Source of the DNA: Turneriella sp.
Lineage (GTDB): Bacteria > Spirochaetota > Leptospiria > Turneriellales > Turneriellaceae
NCBI GenBank assembly: GCA_965279515.1
Contig: CBDIID010000003.1
Span: forward strand, 3,104,001-3,168,000
Reading direction: 5' to 3'
DNA: 64,000 nucleotides
A program made the position numbers and the translations under genes. This document shows, piece after piece, positions 27,312 to 37,589 of the stretch; the stretch's first letter is position 1; each line of letters starts with the position of its first letter. Under the pieces are notes generated by a model. The model saw only the letters and a program-made list of their open reading frames with translations, made no database searches and had not been told where the DNA came from.

Positions 27312-28853
27312 CTATTTAATCTTCAACGTTCCCATCAGTTTCAACGCCACGTCGCGGTCTGAAAAATGCAGCGTCTTATTGCCGATAATCTGGTAATCCT
27401 CATGGCCCTTGCCGGCAATGACAAGTACCTGCCGCGGCCCTAAAATCTGTAAGCCCGCGCGGATCGCCTTCTCACGGTCGGCGATGACGAGGTAGCGCGC
27501 GGTTTTCAGGCCCTTGCGCATGTCTTCAATAATGTTCTTCGGGTCTTCGCTGCGTGGATTGTCGTTGGTGAGAATACACAGGTCGGCGTGCAGACTGCCG
27601 ATCTCGGCCATTTGCGGCCGCTTCTCTTTGTCGCGGTCGCCGCCGCAGCCGAAGAGGCCGATGACGCGGGCGGGCGTCAGCTCCTGTGCGGTTTCAAGAA
27701 CTTTTGCCAGCGCATCGGGTGAATGTGCATAATCGATGATGATCGTGCGCTGCTCTTTGCCGCGCAGCACCTCGAAGCGGCCGGGTACCGGCTCGACCTG
27801 GTTGATCGCTGCCAGCGCCTCTTCGGTACCGAAACCGAGGCAGAGCAGGGCAAGAAAACTGGCGCTCAGATTCATCAGGTTGAAACGCCCGAGGAGCTTT
27901 GTTTTAATAAAATAACTTTTCTGTGCGAACACCAGTACGCAGCTATAACCATCGAAGGTCGCTTCGACGTCGGTGACGAGTGCGTCGGCAGATTTTTCCC
28001 TGAGGCTGAGTGCTATCACCGGGAAAGTCGGGTTCTGGCTTTTCAGCCAGGCATGCAGCCTTTTGCCATAGTCGTCGTCGATGCAGATAACGGCGCCCTT
28101 CGATGATTCCGCATTCTTGCGCGAGGCGAGCAGCATGTATTCGAACAGGCGACGCTTTGCGCGGTAATACGCGTCCATATTCTTATGGTAATCGAGATGG
28201 TCCTGCGTCAAATTAGTGAAGATGCCAATCTGGAAGTTGATGCCTTCGAGGCGGCCCTGCGCGAGGCCATGCGAGCTCGTTTCAATGCAGGCATAGAGGG
28301 CTTTCTGTTTTTGCCCCTGGTGCAGCATCCCTTGTAGAGCGACCGTGTCTGGCGTCGTCATGCCTGTCTGGGTCTGGTGCCGTGTGACTTCCATGCCCAA
28401 TGTGCCGATATACATCGACGGTTTTTTGAGTTGGTTCAGTGCCTGGTAGATGGAGTGGGCGACGGTCGTCTTGCCGTTCGTGCCCGTAACACCCACCGAT
28501 GCCATGTAGCGCGTGGGTTCGCCGAAGAAGAACGAGATCGTTCTGCCGGCCGCGCGGAGAAAATCGGGCGTAAAAAATATCGGCAGGTTCTTATTGTAGC
28601 GCGCATCGCTGAGAATCTCTTCTTTGTATTCGCGGTCGACAAAAACCGCCACGGCGTGCTTATCGAAGGCATCCCAGATGAAATCCTTGCCTTTGAAGTT
28701 CAGACCGTCATAGGCGAAAAAGGCTGCCCCGCGCTTCACCTCGCGGCTGTCTTGTGTGACGTATTTGATCTCGACGCGGTCTTCGACGCCAAAGGCTTCC
28801 CAGCCGAGAAATTCCCAGATCGCGCGGGTGAAGTCGTTGGCTACGGCTTTCAT
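27312..28853 (-). CDS. murE: UDP-MurNAc-tripeptide synthetase
   Basis: GVTGTNGKTT, ETSSHGL, NLTQDHLDYH, DYAHSPD, DNPR, AGKGHE. Confidence 0.96.
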   Translation of the reverse strand: MKAVANDFTRAIWEFLGWEAFGVEDRVEIKYVTQDSREVKRGAAFFAYDGLNFKGKDFIWDAFDKHAVAVFVDREYKEEILSDARYNKNLPIFFTPDFLRAAGRTISFFFGEPTRYMASVGVTGTNGKTTVAHSIYQALNQLKKPSMYIGTLGMEVTRHQTQTGMTTPDTVALQGMLHQGQKQKALYACIETSSHGLAQGRLEGINFQIGIFTNLTQDHLDYHKNMDAYYRAKRRLFEYMLLASRKNAESSKGAVICIDDDYGKRLHAWLKSQNPTFPVIALSLREKSADALVTDVEATFDGYSCVLVFAQKSYFIKTKLLGRFNLMNLSASFLALLCLGFGTEEALAAINQVEPVPGRFEVLRGKEQRTIIIDYAHSPDALAKVLETAQELTPARVIGLFGCGGDRDKEKRPQMAEIGSLHADLCILTNDNPRSEDPKNIIEDMRKGLKTARYLVIADREKAIRAGLQILGPRQVLVIAGKGHEDYQIIGNKTLHFSDRDVALKLMGTLKIK

Positions 28854-28919
28854 TCAGGAAACAGGGCATACGCTGCCCCGTTCAGAGTCGCAAATGCCCT
28901 TCGTAGCGAAAACAGAAAA

Positions 28920-30959
28920 TCACAGTAATGCAGCGAATTCGGTCTCGGTCAGCACCTTGACACCCAGTTCTTTGGCTTTTTGCGCCTTGCTGCCGGCGTC
29001 CGCGCCAACCACGACAAAATCGGTCTTTTTGCTGACCGACGACGCCGCGCGCCCGCCCCGGGCCTTGACTTCGGCCTCCGCGCCCTCGCGGGTGAATTTC
29101 AGGAGCGAACCTGTGAAAACAAAGGTTTTGCCTGCGAAATCATCGGAGACCCGGGTGTTTTCCGCCTTAAGGATAACGACGTTGTTTGCCAAAAGTTTCT
29201 TCAAGCGCTGTTGGTTAACTTTGTCGGAGAACCACTGCGAAACGGACTCTGCCGTACCAGGGCCGATTTCGTGGACTGCGGTGAGCTCTTCTTCGCTGGC
29301 GGCGGCCAGGGCTTCGGGCGAAGCGAAGTGTTCGGCCAGGACAGAAGCAATGTGCTCGCCGACATTGGGAATCCCCACCGCGGTGAGAAGTTTTGCGAAC
29401 GGAATCTTACGCCGCGCGTCGATCGATTTGAGAATCTTGCGGGCAAGAATTTCACCCATGCCTTCGAAGGTCATGAGGTCGTCCTGTGTTAATGCGAAGA
29501 GGTCGGCATAGTCTTTGACCTTTTTATTTTTCAGTAGCTTGGCTACCCACTCGGCGCCTAAAAATTCGATGTCGAGGCCATTCTTTGAAACAAAAAATTG
29601 CAAAAATGCTTCATTCATCTCAGGGCAGGCAGGATTCACACAGCGGAAAAATACATCTTCGCGGATGAGTTTTTTGCCGCACGAGGGGCAGGCCGTGACG
29701 AATTTAATCGGCTTGGCTTTTTTCTTACGCTCTGTGGGTTTGGCGGCGACAACCTTGGGTATGACATCGCCCGAGCGCACAACTTCGACCATATCGCCTT
29801 CATGCAGGTCGAGGCGTTCGATTTCATCGGCGTTGTGTAATGACGCGCGCGACACCATGACACCGCCGAGGTTTATGGGCGTCAGCTCCGCGACGGGGGT
29901 GATGACGCCGGTGCGGCCGACCTGGTAAGCGACGCGTTCCAGTTTTGTGACACCCGCGCGCGCAGGAAACTTCAGCGCAATCGCCCAGCGCGGGGCCTTT
30001 GTCGTGGCGCCGAAATTTTCCCATTCGGTGGTGTCGTTGAGTTTGATGACAAGGCCGTCGAGATCGTATTCCAGGGAGGAACGCGTTGCCGTCATCTTAT
30101 CGTAATACTTTTCAATGGTATCGATATCCGCAACGAGATGGTAATCCGAGGTTTTGAAGCCCAGGGCCGGCAGCACTTTTTTCCAGATAGCATCTTGTGT
30201 GCGCATATCTTTAACGAAGCGCTTTTTTGCATCTTTGATTTTCGCGAGAGTATATGGGAAGAATGAAAGATATTTGTCCTTCGCTTCTTTTGAGTCTTGC
30301 TGTCGCAGCGCCCCCGCAGCGGTGTTGCGCGGGTTGGCGAACAGCTTCTTGCCTTCCTTTGCCTGCCTGTCGTTCAGCTTCTGGAAATCTTTAAGCTTGA
30401 TGATAACTTCGCCGCGGATCGTGACGGTATCGGGCGGATTGTCGATCATCAGGCGCAGTGGAATATTCGAAACCGTGCGCACATTGTGCGTGATATCCTC
30501 GCCGATTTCGCCATTGCCCCGCGTCGAACCGACGGTCAGAACACCCTTTTCATAGACAAGGTCGATCGCCAGACCGTCGAATTTGGGTTCCACATGGTAG
30601 ATGGGTTTCGGAATGCCGGCTTTGACAAGGCGGTCATGGAAGGCGCGCAGCTCGGCCACATCCATAGCATTGTCTAAACTCATCATCGGCGGGTCGTGTT
30701 TGACTTCGGCGAAATCTTCGCGCACTTCGCCACCCACCTTGAGCGACGGCGAATCGGGCGTAACCCATTTCGGATTCGGCGCTTCGACTTCCTTGAGAAG
30801 CCGCATGAGATCGTCGTATTCCGCGTCCGAAATCTCGGGCTCGTCGTCGAGGTAATACGCGCGGTTGTGGCGGTAAAGTTCATCGACGAGCGCCTGATAG
30901 TCCTTGCGGGTAAAATCTTTCGCGCCTTTGAAGCTCCCGCTTTTTTTAGCCTTAGCCAT
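28920..30959 (-). CDS. ligA: NAD-dependent DNA ligase
   Basis: EPKFDGL, TRGNGEIGE, ANPRN, VGRTG, Zn finger, BRCT. Confidence 0.98.
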   Translation of the reverse strand: MAKAKKSGSFKGAKDFTRKDYQALVDELYRHNRAYYLDDEPEISDAEYDDLMRLLKEVEAPNPKWVTPDSPSLKVGGEVREDFAEVKHDPPMMSLDNAMDVAELRAFHDRLVKAGIPKPIYHVEPKFDGLAIDLVYEKGVLTVGSTRGNGEIGEDITHNVRTVSNIPLRLMIDNPPDTVTIRGEVIIKLKDFQKLNDRQAKEGKKLFANPRNTAAGALRQQDSKEAKDKYLSFFPYTLAKIKDAKKRFVKDMRTQDAIWKKVLPALGFKTSDYHLVADIDTIEKYYDKMTATRSSLEYDLDGLVIKLNDTTEWENFGATTKAPRWAIALKFPARAGVTKLERVAYQVGRTGVITPVAELTPINLGGVMVSRASLHNADEIERLDLHEGDMVEVVRSGDVIPKVVAAKPTERKKKAKPIKFVTACPSCGKKLIREDVFFRCVNPACPEMNEAFLQFFVSKNGLDIEFLGAEWVAKLLKNKKVKDYADLFALTQDDLMTFEGMGEILARKILKSIDARRKIPFAKLLTAVGIPNVGEHIASVLAEHFASPEALAAASEEELTAVHEIGPGTAESVSQWFSDKVNQQRLKKLLANNVVILKAENTRVSDDFAGKTFVFTGSLLKFTREGAEAEVKARGGRAASSVSKKTDFVVVGADAGSKAQKAKELGVKVLTETEFAALL

Positions 30960-31728
30960 GACTCGTTACCTTCCCGGCGCTATAGACATTCACTTCCGAG
31001 CCCTCGGCAAGCAAAACCGAATGCGGTACGCGGCCTTTGAGAAAGCCCCACGGCTCGCCATAGACGGCTTTAAAGTCTATGTCGATCTTGTACTCGCGCA
31101 CCGCAAAGGTGCGCCATGAAGGGTGTTCGACCCGGTATTCGAGAGTCGTCTTGCCCTTTGTGTAGCCGTAGTAGTGTTCAGTGATAAAGTCCTCAAGGCT
31201 GCCGGGTTTGATGGCTTTGGGATGGATATCGGTGGAGCAGGCCAATTTCTGCAATTGCCCCTTTTCCACAAAGGTGTATTCCGCCTTGAGTTTGTCGTCA
31301 GAGACTACCACGCGTTGGGACATCCGCCGTGTCTTATAATGTTCATTAAAAAGGGTATTAGCAACAAGAGTGATGGCATGGCGCGGCACAATTTCGGTGA
31401 TGAAACTAACGCCGCGGCGCAGCTCGCCGTTTACCGACGGAACAGGATGTTCTGAGGTTTGCGCCGGCATGGATGCCGTCGGTGCGCCAACTGTGCGCTT
31501 CAGGTAAAACCGCAGATTAATTTCGGGAAAATTCACGTGCCAGGGAATGCGAAAGCCTTTCACCCGTGTATCGAGAAACTGAAAGGCGACGAGGGATACG
31601 AGGCATTCGCCGTTAAAGATGTCGAGTTCCGTGTGTTCGGGCACCAGCGGGGCGAGCAGTGCGGGGTCGACAGCATAATTGGCCATCAACAGGTTTTTCC
31701 AGCGTGCGGAGAGGAACGGCTTGCCCAT
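30952..31728 (-). CDS. DUF2071 (YqjF-like) protein
   Basis: FLSARWKNLLMANY, NFPEINLRFY, FITEHY.GY, VEHPSW. Confidence 0.9.
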   Translation of the reverse strand: MGKPFLSARWKNLLMANYAVDPALLAPLVPEHTELDIFNGECLVSLVAFQFLDTRVKGFRIPWHVNFPEINLRFYLKRTVGAPTASMPAQTSEHPVPSVNGELRRGVSFITEIVPRHAITLVANTLFNEHYKTRRMSQRVVVSDDKLKAEYTFVEKGQLQKLACSTDIHPKAIKPGSLEDFITEHYYGYTKGKTTLEYRVEHPSWRTFAVREYKIDIDFKAVYGEPWGFLKGRVPHSVLLAEGSEVNVYSAGKVTSHG

Positions 31729-31753
31729 AACGGATGCCGATCACAGACGGCGC

Positions 31754-32155
31754 TTAGAATAAGGCGTAAAGCAAGGCTTCGATTTCTTTGATGTCACCCG
31801 AGTTTTTCGGCAGCACGTATTCTTTCTGGTCGCCTTTTACCGACTTGATGATCAGGGCCGTGCCGCGCTCGCGGTTCGAGGAGATCTTTCTTTTGATCGC
31901 CTTATCCATGCGCGCCAGCAGCTTGTCGAAATTGTCTTTGCTGACGCGCCGCGTTGCCGGTTCGCCGCCGCTGTAGCTGCCCGACTTGGTGGTCTTTTTG
32001 ACCGGCTCAAATTCGAGGGTGTATGAACCGCCGTCTTCGGTGAACTCATAGGAGTTACCGTTGCCGTCGACGTATTGCAAGATGGGAAGGGCTTTTTCCT
32101 GAGCGATGAGCGCTGCCGAAAACAGGCAGCCGGCAAGTAACAAGGTAGATTTCAT
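31754..32155 (-). CDS. Exported hypothetical protein
   Basis: GGAGG RBS, signal peptide, YVDGNGNSY..SYSGGEP. Confidence 0.8.
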   Translation of the reverse strand: MKSTLLLAGCLFSAALIAQEKALPILQYVDGNGNSYEFTEDGGSYTLEFEPVKKTTKSGSYSGGEPATRRVSKDNFDKLLARMDKAIKRKISSNRERGTALIIKSVKGDQKEYVLPKNSGDIKEIEALLYALF

Positions 32156-32201
32156 ATCGCCTCCGTAATATCATAACATTGCCAGCAAAGGCCGTGCCGG
32201 G

Positions 32202-32887
32202 TCAAATTCCGGCGGGGTTAAATGATTTGAGGCGCTTCCAAAGCCAGGCGGCGAGCAGTTCCCGGCGGCGGGTGGTTTTGTCATAGGTAATTTCGGCCCC
32301 CGCAATGCGGATGAACTCTGCGGGAACCTCCCAGGACAGAGTCAGAAATTCATCGTAAGAGCAGAACGGCGCAAGCTCACTATGCACCCGGGTTAACAGG
32401 TGCCGCGCATCGTAAAAGATATGCCCGCTGGCGCAGACCCAGCTCCGGGCCGGTGAATCTTCTGTCAGATTCTGCAGGCTGTATTGAAACCCCAGCGCGG
32501 CGCCATGGTCGATCAGCCAGAATTTTTTCTCACGGGTCAGTATGTTGCTGTTCCTGGGCGTCCGGTCGGGGTTTTCCGTCAGCCAGTCGAGCCAAAGAAT
32601 TTTCGCGCCATCGGTTTCCGTGATACGGCTGCGGTTCTCCGCATTCACAAGCACAGCGCCCGGTATGTATTCAAAGCCGAGGTTGAGCCCCAGGCCGGTA
32701 CTGGTAAGGAGGTTTTTTCCGCGAGCTCGCCGGTTACTACCTCAGCTACAAGCGCCCCGAAACCCTGGCCGCTGCCCGAGAGTTTCGTAATGAACTTTCC
32801 GCCATCGGTTTCAATCAGCAGCGGCCACGAGCTGCCGGTTTTCTTAGCGGAGAGAATTTTGCGCGCGGTAAAGGTTTCCAGTTGGAT
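32202..32887 (-). pseudogene. HipA-like kinase pseudogene (internal deletion and frameshift)
   Basis: Frame A: GSSWP..KLSGSGQG.GALVAE..LPVP. Frame B: GLNLGFEY..WLD..NPDRTPRNSN..LIDHG. Frame switch near 32690-32700. Confidence 0.75.
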
Positions 32888-33319
32888 CTAAAAAGGAAGG
32901 CGCTTGATTTTCTTTTTTGCCAAGTAGGGCGAATCCGGATTGACATCGATGGTCTGCTCTTTGGGCACCAGAATAACATCCAGGTCTTCCATGGGTATCG
33001 CACCCAGAAGAACTTCTGAGTCTCCAGGCAACACGGCTGCATTACAACTTGTGGTACGGTTCTTGAAGTTAATCATAACCGGACCTACAACTTCTACTTT
33101 TTTTCGCGTTCCGTCGGCCAACTCTGCTTCAGCGGTAGATACGAACGGGAGATCGAGCTGGGTTTTCAGATGTTCATTAATGCAAAGCATATAGGCGCCG
33201 CTATCTACCAACGCGCGCACTGTCTCCCTCCGGATTTCCTCTGTCTTGAGGTATCCTCGTCGTACTAATGCCAAATCACTCGGATTAACTAACTCGATTT
33301 CGGCATAAATCAATCCCAT
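32888..33319 (-). CDS. Clan AA (retroviral-like) aspartyl protease
   Basis: ALVDSGA, LADG, LLGAIPMEDLD. Confidence 0.9.
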   Translation of the reverse strand: MGLIYAEIELVNPSDLALVRRGYLKTEEIRRETVRALVDSGAYMLCINEHLKTQLDLPFVSTAEAELADGTRKKVEVVGPVMINFKNRTTSCNAAVLPGDSEVLLGAIPMEDLDVILVPKEQTIDVNPDSPYLAKKKIKRLPF

Positions 33320-33329
33320 GTTTTTTCCC

Positions 33330-33740
33330 TCAATCCGGATATTTAAATGAAACATCTTGCATCACATCCGGCGACAAACTCTTCGCCACGGGACAAGCCA
33401 GCGCCGCGTTCTCGAGCCTCACCCGCATATCCGCGGCGATACCTGCACAGAAATCAATCCGCACCACGATACGCTCGATCTTACGGATGCCGGCCGTCGT
33501 CATGTGTTTCTCGGCGTACGCGGTCGAGCCGTCGAGCTTCACCTGGTGGCGCTCGGCGAAGATTGCCATTGTCGTGAGCTTACATGCGGCGAGCGCTGTG
33601 ACAACGAGGTCGGTCGGCGAGAATGATTCGCCGCGGCCCATGTTGTCGGTGGGGGCGTCGGTCGTGAGGGTTACGCCGCTGGGGCCATGCTTCGCGACGC
33701 AGCGCAGGCCGCCTTCGTAGTTTAAGCTCTGTGCGACCAT
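33330..33740 (-). CDS. OsmC family protein
   Basis: TDAP.DN.G.GE.FSPTDL..ALAAC..CPVAKSL. Confidence 0.93.
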   Translation of the reverse strand: MVAQSLNYEGGLRCVAKHGPSGVTLTTDAPTDNMGRGESFSPTDLVVTALAACKLTTMAIFAERHQVKLDGSTAYAEKHMTTAGIRKIERIVVRIDFCAGIAADMRVRLENAALACPVAKSLSPDVMQDVSFKYPD

Positions 33741-33813
33741 ATTGCATGGTTCGGCGTCCCTCACCATGCGTCAACTTTTCGCCGGGAGCGCAGATATGTT
33801 TTAGATTGTTGCC

Positions 33814-34671
33814 ATGGCGCATGTGATTCAGGGAAAACTCAAAGATCTGGGGGATGGTTTTACTGTTCTGCGCATTCTGCCGCACATCGACGCACGCGCG
33901 ATCGGGCCTTTTGTGTTCGTCGATCATTTTGGCCCCGCGCCGATCAAAACCGGCCACGAACTTTCCGTGCGCCCGCACCCGCACATTGGCCTGGCCACGG
34001 TCACCTATCTCTACGACGGCCTGATTCTGCACAAAGATTCGATCGGCAGCGAAGAGCTGATCCGCCCCGGCGAGGTGAACTGGATGACCGCGGGCCGTGG
34101 CATTGTGCACAGCGAGCATTCACGCATCGACGACGTGCAAAAACAGATCGAGGGCATACAGACCTGGGTCGCCCTACCGCTGGAGCATGAAGAGCATGAA
34201 CCCGCCTTCGAGCACTATGGCGCGGATGTACTGCCGGAGACCAAGGGTTCGGGCTGGATCTTGCGGCTTGTCGCCGGGACGCTTATGGGTAAAACCTCGC
34301 CCGTCAAAATTCTCTCCCCGCTCTTTTATGCCGACTTAGAACTTACGGCCGGTGCGACGGCCGACCTGGAATTTCCTGCGGGACAACAGGCGGCGCTTTA
34401 CGTCGCGCGCGGTAACGTCACGGCTGCGGGTGAAAAGGCCGGCGTGGGGCAGATGATTGTTTTTGCCGATGGCGAGAAGGTCGCTGTCCACGCACCAGCG
34501 GCAGCGCGTGTGGTGCTGCTGGGTGGTGAGCGCCTCAAAGAGCCGCGCCATCTGTGGTGGAATTTTGTTTCGACTTCAAAAGAGCGGCTTGAAAAGGCCA
34601 AAGCCGACTGGAAGGCCAATGCCATGGGCCTCGTCGCCGGTGAAAGCGACCGCATTCCTTTGCCCGAATAA
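33814..34671 (+). CDS. Pirin family protein
   Basis: GPFVFVDH, PHPHIGL.TVTY, NWMTAG.GI.HSE, WWNFV. Confidence 0.95.
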   Translation: MAHVIQGKLKDLGDGFTVLRILPHIDARAIGPFVFVDHFGPAPIKTGHELSVRPHPHIGLATVTYLYDGLILHKDSIGSEELIRPGEVNWMTAGRGIVHSEHSRIDDVQKQIEGIQTWVALPLEHEEHEPAFEHYGADVLPETKGSGWILRLVAGTLMGKTSPVKILSPLFYADLELTAGATADLEFPAGQQAALYVARGNVTAAGEKAGVGQMIVFADGEKVAVHAPAAARVVLLGGERLKEPRHLWWNFVSTSKERLEKAKADWKANAMGLVAGESDRIPLPE

Positions 34672-34679
34672 CCGCAGCT

Positions 34680-35054
34680 TCAGGTTTCTGAACTGAGCGC
34701 TTTCAGGTTTTCTTTCAAAGCCGCAATCAGCGCTGACCGCGAATCTTCGAAAGAGGGGATCGTATACCCAACCTGGGGTATATCTGTAAGTTTTACCAAT
34801 TCAGGATGCAGCTTGAGAAGCCCGAGCGAACCCTTCAGGCGCTGCATCTTCACATAGACCTGGACCATGATGCCGATCGCCATGGAATCGATAATCGATA
34901 CGCTATCCATGTCGAGCACGAGCGAATGCGAGCCATCGTGGAACATTTGGTCTATTTCAGTATAAATCGCCTGTGCGTTACGGAAGGTGAATTCTTTTTC
35001 GATCAAAGAAGCGAAAACAACGCCGTTTTTCTTTTCGGTTTGCACAACATACAT
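34680..35054 (-). CDS. STAS domain protein
   Basis: LVLDMDSVSIIDSMAIG. Confidence 0.85.
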   Translation of the reverse strand: MYVVQTEKKNGVVFASLIEKEFTFRNAQAIYTEIDQMFHDGSHSLVLDMDSVSIIDSMAIGIMVQVYVKMQRLKGSLGLLKLHPELVKLTDIPQVGYTIPSFEDSRSALIAALKENLKALSSET

Positions 35055-35140
35055 GTAGCCACCCCTAACTTATATATGAGTTAAGGAATTCAAACACCGC
35101 TTCAATAAAATTTTTGACGGGTTTGGTGCAGCGAAACAAA

Positions 35141-35180
35141 AGCCGGCTCGCGGCGCCGAAAGGCACCGCGCGGTCCGGCT
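35141..35180 (-). terminator. Intrinsic terminator after the lipoprotein gene
   Basis: AGCCGG..CGCGG.GCC-GAAA-GGC.CCGCG..CCGGCT hairpin followed by a T-rich tract on the minus strand. Confidence 0.65.
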
Positions 35181-35181
35181 G

Positions 35182-36555
35182 TTACTTCTTCGCGAGCGAG
35201 CCGACTAATTTGCCGACGGTGACGAAGTCACCCGAGATCGGCATGTAAGAGCCATCGAACTTTTTATAATTACCCTGAATTGCCTGTCCGATGACGCCGG
35301 TCACACGGCCCGTGCCGTTCGGGTCAATACCAGCCCAGTTGGATGAAGCAACCAGTCCTTCATAGCCAATCAGCGACGGTTCGTTAATATTAAAGAGGGT
35401 GCGGCCAAAAGCTTCGACGGTGAAGTGTGCGCCGGCTTCAAAGCCCAGCCAGACATCCCAGCGTTTCAACTGGTTCAATGTGGTATCCCATTGGACATTA
35501 AAGTGGGTATAGACATAGAGGTTCGCACCAGGGCCTGCAACACCGTAGAACAGGAATGTAGCTTCGGGGCCTGCATAGACCATCGCGTCGATCGATCCTG
35601 AAAATACCGGAGGAACGAGGTTGTACGTGCTCGTTTTTGTTTTGATAGGGGTCCATTTTTTGTTCGCGTAGGAGATCCCCGCGGTGGCGGAGGCTGCGTA
35701 CTGTACCGAGGTGGTCAGGCTGGCGCTGATCTTGCCGTCGACGCCGAGAACAATCTTGATGCGTGGTACGACGATCACGGGTACAAAGCCGATCACAAAG
35801 GTAATCGGCTGCAGGTTGAAGGTAGTCAGCGTCACCTGCGCGCGCGAAATATCAAACGTTGCACCAGACAGGTTTGCATCGATTTTGGTTACGACTGAAG
35901 GACTTACAGAAAATTCGGCGTTTTTCAGCTCGAACATCTTGATCTTCATGTTCATGACGAATTTCAGATCGAGACCCACGCAGCCGTTGATGGTGCCGGC
36001 GTTCTGGATATTGAGGTTATTAAAAGCGATATACCATTTCTTGGACTTGCACTCAGGGATTGCGTTCGCGGGTTGTGTTGTACCGTAGACAACGACACCT
36101 GGCTGAGGCACGATCGTCTCGACTTTTCCGTTGAGCGGATTATACGTGGCGCCCTGCAGCAGGCTGTTATCGCCCGCGGGGTTCAAGGTGCCTTGTGCTG
36201 TTGCCTCACCATCGACAACGGCTTCGGTAATCGAAACAGGTGCGGTTTGGATTGTTGTGGTGCCCGCTTTTTCTTCAATCGCCGTGACCTTCTTTAAGAA
36301 GCCTTGCGGAGAGGCTGCGTTGATATCAGAGACGATGATATCTCCGGCCTGAACTTTTTTGAGTTCTTCAGAAGTTTTGCTGAATTGCACTGTGGTCGCA
36401 TCGGGTGCGACGATATACTTGGCTTCGACGGGTGTCAGGTCGCGCACGTTGTCGGCGCGCCGGCTGCCGACATAGTCGTCAGCGCCGTTTTCCAGCGCGC
36501 AGCCCATGGTAAATGCGGAGGCAGTTGCCAGTATAAGATGGAGTGCTTTTTTCAT
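35182..36555 (-). CDS. Beta-rich lipoprotein
   Basis: MKKALHLILATASAFTMGC lipobox; GDIIVS..PQGFLKKV; YAGPE..FYGVAGP. Confidence 0.8.
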   Translation of the reverse strand: MKKALHLILATASAFTMGCALENGADDYVGSRRADNVRDLTPVEAKYIVAPDATTVQFSKTSEELKKVQAGDIIVSDINAASPQGFLKKVTAIEEKAGTTTIQTAPVSITEAVVDGEATAQGTLNPAGDNSLLQGATYNPLNGKVETIVPQPGVVVYGTTQPANAIPECKSKKWYIAFNNLNIQNAGTINGCVGLDLKFVMNMKIKMFELKNAEFSVSPSVVTKIDANLSGATFDISRAQVTLTTFNLQPITFVIGFVPVIVVPRIKIVLGVDGKISASLTTSVQYAASATAGISYANKKWTPIKTKTSTYNLVPPVFSGSIDAMVYAGPEATFLFYGVAGPGANLYVYTHFNVQWDTTLNQLKRWDVWLGFEAGAHFTVEAFGRTLFNINEPSLIGYEGLVASSNWAGIDPNGTGRVTGVIGQAIQGNYKKFDGSYMPISGDFVTVGKLVGSLAKK

Positions 36556-36671
36556 GTGTTTATAGTTCCCTTGCGAATAAGATCGATTTATATTAATGGG
36601 GAAACAGCCACCGGTCAGGCCAAAAAAATGACAGAACAGTAAACTATTGTTTTGTTTTTAGTTTATGGTTT

Positions 36672-37514
36672 TCAGTCAAACGCATAACCCAGTGTCAAGG
36701 TGCCATTGATCTCTTGAAAAAATGGGCTGGGGTTGGTGTTCGTCCAAACCTGGGTTGCGCCGAACAAATAGGATAATTGATAATAAAAAATTACTCTGAT
36801 GGGTATGTTGGTCCAGCGTAGAAGAGTGGCTCCGGCGCCTGCGCGCAATGCAGGCCCATGGATAAACGTGCCAGGTACGTCGCTGATGAGGGTTTTTCCA
36901 GCCGGAGAACCGTAGCGGGAGATGACATCGTTGTAACCGGCAAAGGGGTAATACGTACCCACTTGATACCCTAGCTGACCGATTAAGTCCAGCGACCAAC
37001 CATCTCGCCCTGGATAGAAATGGAGTTCTCTGCCTGCGAAAAGCACGTGTGTCTCAGAGATACGGGCTTGAGCCAGATCTGCGTAGTCTGAATTATCGGT
37101 ACGACTGCAGCCATAACGGCCACAGCCCGTTGATCTGGAAGTACCTGCAGTCAATCTTTGGTGCATATCCTGGTACAGATAAGTGACAATCGTCGACCAC
37201 CGCCAGGAAGAATATTGCTGATAGCCAATACCGATTTTGACGATGCCGGTAGATGCCGTCGCATTATATTGGTTACCATTAGGCACTGTTGCAATAACAC
37301 CTATGCTTTCTAAATTCCTGTTTTCCGCAGCGTAAATGCCACCCCAGATCATACCGAAACCCGCTTCTAAAAAAATGGTCTTATCGGGAAAATTTGGCCT
37401 CGTATCAGGAAATGTTATAGGCTCCGCTTCCTCCGGCCTATTGCCGGATCGTGCTGCATGAAGTTTGATGCCAATAAAAAACAGGATCAGCAAAGAAGCA
37501 GATATGCCCCGCAC
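36672..37514 (-). CDS. Putative outer-membrane beta-barrel protein
   Basis: Signal peptide; C-terminal TLTLGYAF strand. Confidence 0.6.
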   Translation of the reverse strand: MRGISASLLILFFIGIKLHAARSGNRPEEAEPITFPDTRPNFPDKTIFLEAGFGMIWGGIYAAENRNLESIGVIATVPNGNQYNATASTGIVKIGIGYQQYSSWRWSTIVTYLYQDMHQRLTAGTSRSTGCGRYGCSRTDNSDYADLAQARISETHVLFAGRELHFYPGRDGWSLDLIGQLGYQVGTYYPFAGYNDVISRYGSPAGKTLISDVPGTFIHGPALRAGAGATLLRWTNIPIRVIFYYQLSYLFGATQVWTNTNPSPFFQEINGTLTLGYAFD

Positions 37515-37589
37515 GCAGGAGTTGAACGGGAAGCGTTTATGGCGTAAATTGGAAATTTTTAGACGGGGTAATGGGCCTCCAAAGCCGTC

